Of a DNA stretch of 50,416 nt, positions 30,089-37,451 are shown in pieces (the first letter of the stretch is position 1; the number at the start of each line of letters is the position of its first letter). Below the pieces are notes generated by a model. That model searched no databases, was not told the origin of the DNA, and saw only the letters and a list, made by a program, of their open reading frames with translations. Source of the DNA: Verrucomicrobiota bacterium (GTDB lineage: Bacteria; Verrucomicrobiota; Verrucomicrobiia; Verrucomicrobiales; Verrucomicrobiaceae); assembly GCA_026397605.1 (NCBI GenBank), contig JAPLUM010000727.1, positions 1-50,416 of the forward strand. The letters run 5' to 3'. Made by a program: the position numbers and the translations under genes.

Positions 30089-31141
30089 TCAATGCATCGC
30101 AGTCATCTTCTCCAATTCCGCCTGCACGCGGCGCTTCAGTTCAGGCGGTCCCAGCACCTTCGCTTTGCTGCCCCAGCTCAGCACCCAGCGGGTGATTTCC
30201 TCCAGGCCCGAGAGGTCGGCCTGAAACTCAATGACGCTGCCATCCGGCTTCAATGAGCGAATGGCTTGCGTGCTGTGCCACAGCCGCTCCCTGACCACGC
30301 GGGCGGCGTAGCCTTCAAAGCGGATATGCACCTCATGACTGAGCTTCTCTTCGCCAGCATAGCTCCAGACGCCAAAACCGCCACCGAGGTGGTCGTGTGC
30401 ATTGAAGCGCGGATCACGCACGAACTTCGTTTTCAGCAGGCCTAGGTTCGAGATGCGTTGCAGGGCAAAGGTGCGCACCGCTTTCCGCCCTGGATCATAG
30501 GCCAGCAAATACCAGCCGTGCTCGATCTGACCCACGTGGTAGGGATGCACCGTGCGCTGCTCCGGTTGATTGCCGGTGAGCTTGTGATATTCAAAGCTCA
30601 CCTCCCGGCAGGCACGCACCGCATCCAGCAGATCACCAAACAGCGTCACATCAGCTGGCATCACACCCGCTGCCTTCACGGAGAAAGCTTCGTCCAGCTC
30701 ATTCCATTGGATGGAAACCTCGCCAGAGCAGGCTTCGGCGATCTTACTGAAGCTCTCGCTCAGCATGCGCTCCAGCCGCGTTCCCCGCAGTGGCTCCAAA
30801 GCATGACGTGCCAGGAACAGGGCCACCAGATCATTGCGCGAGAGATGCAGCATGGGGAACTCATTCACCGGCCTCGTGTAGTAGTAGCCGTGCTTGATGG
30901 CGTGATATTCCAGCGGCAGATCCAACTGGTTCCGCATGAAACTGATGTCACGCTGAATCGTCTTGGGCGTCACCTCAATCTCTGCCGCCAGGGTCGAGCA
31001 GTTCGGATACTTGCCTGTCTGCATGATCTTGTGAATCTCGAGCACCCGCCACATGGCCACTCGACTGGTGCCTTTGCGCATGACCGAGACGGGAAGGGGA
31101 TCCTTGGCTCGTGATCTTCGGGAGGAGGATGCTTTGGACAT
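30089..31141 (-). CDS. WYL-domain transcriptional regulator (wHTH-WYL-WCX, PafBC/DriD-like)
   Basis: Likely start MSKASS at 31141; HTH LAAEIEVTPKTIQRDISFMR, VSFEYH...RTVHPYHV...WYLLAYD...RTFALQRI, WVLSWGSKAKVLGPPEL. Confidence 0.93.
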   Translation of the reverse strand: MSKASSSRRSRAKDPLPVSVMRKGTSRVAMWRVLEIHKIMQTGKYPNCSTLAAEIEVTPKTIQRDISFMRNQLDLPLEYHAIKHGYYYTRPVNEFPMLHLSRNDLVALFLARHALEPLRGTRLERMLSESFSKIAEACSGEVSIQWNELDEAFSVKAAGVMPADVTLFGDLLDAVRACREVSFEYHKLTGNQPEQRTVHPYHVGQIEHGWYLLAYDPGRKAVRTFALQRISNLGLLKTKFVRDPRFNAHDHLGGGFGVWSYAGEEKLSHEVHIRFEGYAARVVRERLWHSTQAIRSLKPDGSVIEFQADLSGLEEITRWVLSWGSKAKVLGPPELKRRVQAELEKMTAMH

Positions 31142-31219
31142 GTTAGCGAAAAAATACCGCAGAAAGTTCAACTGTCGCCCCGCAAATGTCCGACCCCCTA
31201 TGCGAAGCTGCACTTCACT

Positions 31220-31891
31220 ATGAACCCACACCTCACCGAAATCGCCTACATCCTCGACCGCTCTGGTTCCATGCTGGACATGCAGGAACCCGCCGTCGCC
31301 GCCTTCAATGACTTCATCAAGTCCCAGCTCGACGTCCCTGGCGATGCCCGCCTCACCCTCATCCAGTTCGATGACTCCTATGAAGTCCCAGTTTCTGCCA
31401 AACCCATTCAGGACGTGCCGCAGCTCACCGCAGCCACCTACACCCCGCGCGGCAGCACTGCCCTGCTCGATGCCATTGGCCGCACCATCAAAGAAACAGA
31501 CCGCCGCATCACCGCGCTGCCGGATTCTGACAAGCCCGGCAAAGTCATCCTCGCCATCTTCACCGACGGCGAAGAAAACGCCTCGCAGGAATACAGCGTC
31601 AAACACATCAGCGACCTCATCCGCCTTTACCGAGAAACCAAAGGCTGGGAATTCCTCTTCCTCGCTGCCAATCAGGACGCCATCGCCAGCGGCGGCGCCA
31701 TGTTCATGGAGGCATCTCTCAGTGCCAATGTCAGCTTCAGCCTGAAAGGGATAAGATCCACAGGTGGAGCCATGGCCCGCAAAGTCCGCGCCATGCGCAT
31801 GAAAAGCGGTGGCAACATGGATGCCCAGGCCATGGAAGACGACGCCAAGTCGATGAACGACATCCTGAAAGAGGAAGAAGCCAAGCCCTGA
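31220..31891 (+). CDS. Stand-alone vWA domain protein
   Basis: MIDAS ILDRSGSM, IQFD, GSTALLDAIG, IFTDGEENAS, WEFLFLAANQD; GC3-rich codons on this strand. Confidence 0.92.
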   Translation: MNPHLTEIAYILDRSGSMLDMQEPAVAAFNDFIKSQLDVPGDARLTLIQFDDSYEVPVSAKPIQDVPQLTAATYTPRGSTALLDAIGRTIKETDRRITALPDSDKPGKVILAIFTDGEENASQEYSVKHISDLIRLYRETKGWEFLFLAANQDAIASGGAMFMEASLSANVSFSLKGIRSTGGAMARKVRAMRMKSGGNMDAQAMEDDAKSMNDILKEEEAKP

Positions 31892-31934
31892 TCCTCTTGA
31901 AATTAGAAACCTTAAACTTGGAACTCTGCCCCGC

Positions 31935-32134
31935 ATGACCAATAGCCGCCGCCCCTGGCACCAGCGCCTCGCCCGAGCTCTAAAAGGCGACATCGCCGAA
32001 GGAGCCTTCGAGCAACTCAGCGGCACCACAAGCTTACTTTTCAAGCCCGGCCCCTGTGGCACCATCGCCTGAAGGTCATCGATCCGCGCGGGAACGAGGT
32101 GATGCGTGTGCATCGGGTGAAGAATGGAGGTTGA
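31935..32134 (+). pseudogene. C-terminal remnant of a type III R-M Mod-like site-specific DNA methyltransferase, frameshifted
   Basis: QRLARALKGDIAEGAFEQLSGTTSLLFKPG...TIA, then after a 1-nt shift at ~32069 KVIDPRGNEVMRVHRV*; resembles the IAVKVID/N..G.EV tail of that family (recalled, not searched). Confidence 0.65.
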
Positions 32135-32183
32135 CGAAAGGTTGACGGAGCGGCTTCTTACGTCGCAAACCAAAACAAAAAAC

Positions 32184-33038
32184 ATGCCTGAAACAATCGA
32201 ACATGTGAACATCATGCTAGAGGGTCAGCTGCCCACACTGCGTCATGAATTGAAGCAGCTTTCAGTAGCACCCAGGAGGCTGAAAACGAGTGACGGCCAG
32301 ATTTTTGAAATCGTGTACATCTCCAGTCATGAGCTGCCGGTGGAGACAACTTATGTGCATGGGTATCATTACGACAATGTTGTGATCATGAATGCGGACT
32401 CTGCCGCCAAGGCAGAAATAGTCATTGGTAGAGTCTTGGGCGGGAACGAGTTTATTGGGTCCAATGTGCTTGCTTATACCAAGCCGAAGGTCTTCAACCA
32501 GCCGCACCTGCAGAACCTCGTTCAGTCAGTTGGGCGTACCACGCGGTTTGGCATGGTGGTTGAAGATGAGCCGAAAAAAATCACGTTGTCCAAGCTGGAG
32601 GCGCAGTTGAAAAAATGGCTTGTTGTCTGGCACCACAGTAAGGAGTCCGGCCAGAAGAGTCATCCGCCTTATCTGGCTTTGAGGCACCGCCTGAGCGACG
32701 AAACCACAGGGCGTCTCGACGGTGGCAAGATCGCCAAGCTCTTCGGTCTTAGCACAGCTGAAATGGGAACCATCTGCGGCGTGTCCAAGCAGTCCTTCCA
32801 CGCCAACTCCACCAGCAAAGGTATTCAGGAGAAACTGGAGCCGCTGGCCAAGGCAGCGCGGGGCGTGCTCTGGTGCGGTGGCGACGAAGCCAAGTTCAAG
32901 ACCTGGCTCAACCAGCCTAATCCCGACTTCCCCGAGTATAAGGGCAAACAACTGACACCCTTCGACATGATCCGCATGGGGCATGCGCAAGTGATCGCTG
33001 ACAAAGTGCAGAACCTCCTCACCGGACATCCCGCCTGA
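32184..33038 (+). CDS. Xre/MbcA/ParS-type antitoxin with long N-terminal extension
   Basis: HTH IAKLFGLSTAEMGTICGVSKQS; toxin-binding tail KTWLNQPNPDF...TPFDMIRMGHAQVI; stop 1 bp before the RES gene. Confidence 0.8.
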   Translation: MPETIEHVNIMLEGQLPTLRHELKQLSVAPRRLKTSDGQIFEIVYISSHELPVETTYVHGYHYDNVVIMNADSAAKAEIVIGRVLGGNEFIGSNVLAYTKPKVFNQPHLQNLVQSVGRTTRFGMVVEDEPKKITLSKLEAQLKKWLVVWHHSKESGQKSHPPYLALRHRLSDETTGRLDGGKIAKLFGLSTAEMGTICGVSKQSFHANSTSKGIQEKLEPLAKAARGVLWCGGDEAKFKTWLNQPNPDFPEYKGKQLTPFDMIRMGHAQVIADKVQNLLTGHPA

Positions 33039-33039
33039 T

Positions 33040-33639
33040 ATGGCCGCCAAGACTCGCTTTGATGATGCGCTCCAGAAGGTTCCTGTCAGGGCCTTCGAGG
33101 AGACGTGTCATCGAATCGTGTCACTTCAGGCCTATGAAGCGGCCAATCCCAAGAGACTGCTTTATGATTTGGGGCCGAAGCTGAGCGCCAGCGGCCAACG
33201 TTTCAGCCCTCCGGGTGACCATGCCGGCCTGTATGTGGCAGTGGAACGGCTGACTGCCGGAGCCGAAATTTCAGGCTCAGTGGATGAGTGGAATCAGTCG
33301 GGCGGCGGAACATCGGTGGTCTTCAAGATGGAAGTGAAACTGGAGCGTGTGCTCGATCTTACGGCCGGCAGTGTCCTGGCAGCTTTGGGCCTCACACCGG
33401 CTGATGTGCAGAGCCAATGGGAAGGGTATCTGGCTTTGTTTCGCAAGGAACCGGTGACGTGGGAGCTTGGCCGTGCCGTGTTTGGCAGTGGTCGCTTTGA
33501 CGGCATTCTGTTTCCCTCCAAGAAAAATCCGCCGGATGGGCGGTGTCTGCTCGTCTTCACCGAACGTCTCGCCAAAGGCAGCACGGAGGTGGTGTTGTTC
33601 ACTGACGACGGCAGCGTGCGCGAACGTGTGCCCGCGTGA
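33040..33639 (+). CDS. RES-domain toxin (NAD+ phosphorylase / ADP-ribosyltransferase family)
   Basis: CHRIV (R), GQRFSPPG..GLYVA..TAGAE (E), VLDLT, FDGILFPS (S), LLVF. Confidence 0.88.
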   Translation: MAAKTRFDDALQKVPVRAFEETCHRIVSLQAYEAANPKRLLYDLGPKLSASGQRFSPPGDHAGLYVAVERLTAGAEISGSVDEWNQSGGGTSVVFKMEVKLERVLDLTAGSVLAALGLTPADVQSQWEGYLALFRKEPVTWELGRAVFGSGRFDGILFPSKKNPPDGRCLLVFTERLAKGSTEVVLFTDDGSVRERVPA

Positions 33640-34047
33640 TCTTCTCCTTTCCTCTGACTCATGCCCCGCGCCAGTCCCACCCAGCGCCCCAAACTCTCCG
33701 CCTACCACGACATCCACCACCGGATTGTCGAGTGGCAGCAGCACGACCCTGCATGAAGATCGGGACAAAAGACCGAGACACCCTCGAGAAGCGTTCCGGC
33801 TGCTGGCTCAAGGAACTTGCCCGCCAGAGCCAGACCACCGGGTTCGATCTGAAAGCGTTGTTTCCAACATGGGGACGGAAGCAGTGGCAGAATTCAGGCC
33901 TCTTTAAGAATGCTGTACTAGGCTCGGCGACTTAGCCAAGCTTCGAAATACTAGCGTCTAGGCAGGTCGCAGTGTTTGTTCATCCTCCCATCAGGCGTAG
34001 CGCTTGGAGGCTCCGCTCTAATTGCCATAGTGATACCCCTCACGACT

Positions 34048-34087
34048 TGGACGACTGTCCATAGACGAAAGATCAAAATCGTGGACA
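34048..34087. promoter_or_regulatory. Palindromic operator (C-box-like) upstream of the XRE controller
   Basis: TGGAC-GACT-GTCCA at 34048-34061, plus TGTCCA (34056)...TGGACA (34082) inverted pair ending 9 bp before the ATG. Confidence 0.5.
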
Positions 34088-34096
34088 AGCTTGCGA

Positions 34097-34324
34097 ATGC
34101 CCGTCCGCGATAAATCCCTTGTTCTCCTTGGCCTGAAGGTTCGCCAGTTAAGGGAGGCTGCTGGCCTGACTCAGGAAGTCCTCGCGACAAGGGCAAAGCT
34201 CGACATCACCTACATCTCAGGCATCGAGCGAGGCCTACGAAATCCGAGCCTCCTTGCCCTTCGCCAAGTTGCCGAAGGTCTTGGGATTAAAATCAGCCAG
34301 CTTGTGAAGGGGCTCGACTCATGA
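34097..34324 (+). CDS. XRE-family HTH regulator (R-M controller C-protein-like)
   Basis: LGLKVRQLR..GLTQEVLA...YISGIERGLRNPSL; ATGA overlap with the methyltransferase. Confidence 0.88.
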   Translation: MPVRDKSLVLLGLKVRQLREAAGLTQEVLATRAKLDITYISGIERGLRNPSLLALRQVAEGLGIKISQLVKGLDS

Positions 34325-35955
34325 AGGCTTCCGCAACTAAAGGCACCTTCATCGATCTCTTCTGCGGCTGCGGTGGATTCAGCCTTGGCATGAAGAACGC
34401 TGAGTTTGAATGCCTCGCCGCACTCGACTTCAATCATGAGGCCATCAAAGTCTTCAAAGCCAACTTTCCTGAAGTAACTCATGCATTGGAGAAAGACCTC
34501 ACTCAGTTCACCCCATCAGAGTTAGAGAAGCTTATCGGCACCCGCGAAGTCGATGTCATCGTCGGCGGACCACCCTGCCAGGGTTTCTCCCGAGCGCGGC
34601 AGAGGGACGGAGCCAATCACGGCCCGCGCATGATCGAAGACCCACGCCGCCAGCTCTTCCAGCGTTTCCTTGCCTTCATCGAGCATTTTAAGCCGAAGGT
34701 TTTTGTCATGGAAAACGTGCTCGGAATTCGCAGCGCCAGCGGCGGGGAATATTTCACCCGCGTTCAGGCAGAAGGCCGCAAGCTCGGCTACCGCGTCGTG
34801 GCTCGCGAGGAGCACGCTGCAAAGCTCGGCGTCCCACAGAATCGGAAACGCCAGCTCTTCATCGGCATCCGACTGGACGTGCCCGGCTATTTGGCAAACG
34901 AACTCAAGCCTGCTAAACGCGCTGTCTTACGGCCAACAGTGACACTGGGTGAGGCCATCATGGATCTTCCCGTGCTAGCGGCTGCCGATGGCGCTCAAGA
35001 GATGGACTATGATCTGTCTCAGCGTGCTCAGCACACCGGCGGAAACAATCATCACTTCATTCACCGAATTCTTGAAGTTAGCCGCGCGAATAAGCTCACA
35101 GCTCACGATTCTCGACCTCATAGTGCGCGTGATTTGAGAGATTTCGCCAAAATCCGTGAAGGAGAGAACTGTAAACACGCCATGCTTAAGCGTGGCGCTG
35201 AGTTTGAGTTTCCTTATAACAAAGAAACCTTCAAGGACCGCTACACACGCCAGCATCGTGATCGTCAATGCAGCACGATTGTGGCGCACATGAGTAAGGA
35301 TGGACTCATGTTCATTCATCCCACGCAGAACCGCAGTCTAACTCCGCGTGAGGCGGCTCGTGTACAAACCTTCCCAGACTGGTTCCAGTTCCCTATCGCC
35401 CGCACTCATCAGTTTCGAGTGATTGGGAATGCCGTCCCACCTCTTGTCGCTGAGGCAGTGGGCGAGGCAGTGGCCCAGCTCCTAGAGTCCGCCGCCAGTA
35501 TTGCCCATGGCAGTAGCGCCAAAGTCATTCCCTTCAAGTCGGCAACACGGAGCTCTTCCATCCCATCCAGCCAAGAAGAAGCCCTCGCATGGCTAGCCAC
35601 CATCGCCCTGCTGACTCGCCAACAGCTCCGCAAAACTGACGCAACCATCTTCCTGCGCGGCTGGTACGCCCTCCTCTATCTCTACCCCGACCTCCATCCA
35701 GAAAACGCCACTGACCACGGTGAAACAAAGGAGAACAGTGCCGCCCACCCGCACCACCAGCTCGACCTCAGCCAACGCTACATCCGCAGCGGCTGGCCCG
35801 TCATGCTGGAGCTGTTAGGCCGCGAAGCCTGGCACCGCTACGATGCCAGCCTCATCAGCGACGACGACTTCTACTGCGTCGAGGCTCAGCTTGCTGGGTT
35901 CGCTGCCAGTCACTCATCAAAGCACAACCTCCTACGGGTGCTTCTTGCTTCGTGA
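34321..35955 (+). CDS. dcm: DNA (cytosine-5) methyltransferase with ~150-aa C-terminal extension
   Basis: DLFCGCGG (I), GGPPCQGFS (IV), MENV (VI), QNRKR (VIII), RSLTPREAARVQTFP (IX), IGNAVPP (X). Confidence 0.93.
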   Translation: MKASATKGTFIDLFCGCGGFSLGMKNAEFECLAALDFNHEAIKVFKANFPEVTHALEKDLTQFTPSELEKLIGTREVDVIVGGPPCQGFSRARQRDGANHGPRMIEDPRRQLFQRFLAFIEHFKPKVFVMENVLGIRSASGGEYFTRVQAEGRKLGYRVVAREEHAAKLGVPQNRKRQLFIGIRLDVPGYLANELKPAKRAVLRPTVTLGEAIMDLPVLAAADGAQEMDYDLSQRAQHTGGNNHHFIHRILEVSRANKLTAHDSRPHSARDLRDFAKIREGENCKHAMLKRGAEFEFPYNKETFKDRYTRQHRDRQCSTIVAHMSKDGLMFIHPTQNRSLTPREAARVQTFPDWFQFPIARTHQFRVIGNAVPPLVAEAVGEAVAQLLESAASIAHGSSAKVIPFKSATRSSSIPSSQEEALAWLATIALLTRQQLRKTDATIFLRGWYALLYLYPDLHPENATDHGETKENSAAHPHHQLDLSQRYIRSGWPVMLELLGREAWHRYDASLISDDDFYCVEAQLAGFAASHSSKHNLLRVLLAS

Positions 35956-37451
35956 AAAAGCCGCCCGCCATGCCGCCGCTTACCGAAGACATCCCTCCCC
36001 GTGCCTCCGTTCTCGCGGAGTCGCTTCGCGCCTTCGGTTACGATCTCGGCACCGCCATCGCCGATCTCGTGGACAACAGCATCTCCGCCGGAGCCGCGAA
36101 TGTCTGGATCGACTTCACTTGGGACGGGCCGGACTCCTGCATCGCCATCACCGATGACGGGCGTGGCATGTCAGAGAGTCGCTTGCGTGATGCCATGCGT
36201 CTCGGCAGCCGCCATCCGGGAGAGACCCGCGCAGCGGACGACCTTGGCAGATTCGGCCTCGGGTTAAAGACCGCCTCCTTTTCTCAATGCCGTTGCGTCA
36301 CCGTCCGCACGAAGGAGAAACATCAGAGTCCCGTTCTCCGCCGCTGGGATTTGGATCACCTCGCCAAAGCAGACGCTTGGCAGGTGCTTTTGCAGGCTCG
36401 ACAGGACTCCGCCCAGCATTTCCAGAGGCTGGACGCCCTGCCCAGCGGTACCTGCGTCCTCTGTCAGCAAATGGACCGCGTCATGCGCGGGGTTGTGAAT
36501 CGGGATGTCTTCATCGAGCGCTGTGAGCAGGTGGAGCAGCACCTCGCTCTCGTCTTCCACCGTCTGCTGGAGCAGCCGGCACACCTGCGGCTGTTCATCA
36601 ATGAGCACCCCGTCGAGCCCTTTGATCCCTTCTTCATCGGCTTCGCCACACGCGAGCTGCCGCCGCATCACCTACAGAGTGCCGGCGGCACCGTCCATGT
36701 CGAGCCCTTCGTCATGCCGCATGAGTCAAAGCTGCTCGATGCCGAGGAAAAGAAGCTCGCCGGTGATCCGAAGGACTGGACCGCCCGCCAAGGCTTCTAC
36801 ATCTACCGGCAGGACCGCCTGCTCGTCGCCGGTTCGTGGCTCGGCTACCGCGACTGGCGGAAGGACGAGCGGCATAAGCTCGCACGCATCCGCATCTCCC
36901 TACCGAACACCTCGGATGAAGACTGGCAAATCGACGTGACCAAAAGCAAGGCACGGCCACCTGAGTCCCTGCGGGAAAAACTCCGTCTCATCGGCAAGAG
37001 CACGCGTGAAAATGCCCTCCGCGTCATGAGCTATCGTGGCGAACGCCTCACCACACCGGGGACTAGAAGTGTCCGGCACGTCTGGGATCAAATCGTCCAT
37101 CACGGACGCACCACCTACCTAGTGAATCGCGAACATCCAGCCATAGCCGTCCTGCTGGAGGACCGTCAGCAGAAACCCGGCGTCGAGGCGATGCTCAAGG
37201 TCATTGAAGAAAGCATCCCCGTAGCTCTTATCGCCTACCAAAGTCAGGAGGAGCCAGAGACAACGCCTCAAGGCTCCACCGAGCAGAATGTCCAGTCCAT
37301 CAAGGCCATGCTCAATCAGGCCTGGCATGGACTGCGCTCCAAAGGACTGCGTAATGAAGAGATCCTAACCGCCCTCGCTCATTGGGAGCCCTTCAATCTT
37401 TACCCCGCCCTCCTCCAGGAACTCCGGGAAAACCCACCCGCACAGCAATGA
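35952..37451 (+). CDS. GHKL/MORC-MutL-like ATPase (HATPase_c_3), Mza-type
   Basis: GYDLGTAIADLVDNSISA, DDGRGM, DLGRFGLGLKTASFSQ, QGFYIYR, WQIDVTKS; overlaps both neighbours; alternative ATG 35970. Confidence 0.92.
   Translation: MKKPPAMPPLTEDIPPRASVLAESLRAFGYDLGTAIADLVDNSISAGAANVWIDFTWDGPDSCIAITDDGRGMSESRLRDAMRLGSRHPGETRAADDLGRFGLGLKTASFSQCRCVTVRTKEKHQSPVLRRWDLDHLAKADAWQVLLQARQDSAQHFQRLDALPSGTCVLCQQMDRVMRGVVNRDVFIERCEQVEQHLALVFHRLLEQPAHLRLFINEHPVEPFDPFFIGFATRELPPHHLQSAGGTVHVEPFVMPHESKLLDAEEKKLAGDPKDWTARQGFYIYRQDRLLVAGSWLGYRDWRKDERHKLARIRISLPNTSDEDWQIDVTKSKARPPESLREKLRLIGKSTRENALRVMSYRGERLTTPGTRSVRHVWDQIVHHGRTTYLVNREHPAIAVLLEDRQQKPGVEAMLKVIEESIPVALIAYQSQEEPETTPQGSTEQNVQSIKAMLNQAWHGLRSKGLRNEEILTALAHWEPFNLYPALLQELRENPPAQQ

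Noticed and set aside
31142-32215. 708-aa WYL ORF with a long N-terminal extension
   Set aside because: The extension is the antisense shadow of the GC3-rich vWA gene; WYL-family similarity starts only after Met at 31141
33636-33935. Short ORFs after the RES gene (MPRASPTQ...IVEWQQHDPA*, MKIGTKDR...) as a type III Res remnant
   Set aside because: Position is suggestive, but no diagnostic motif is visible; BLASTX would be needed
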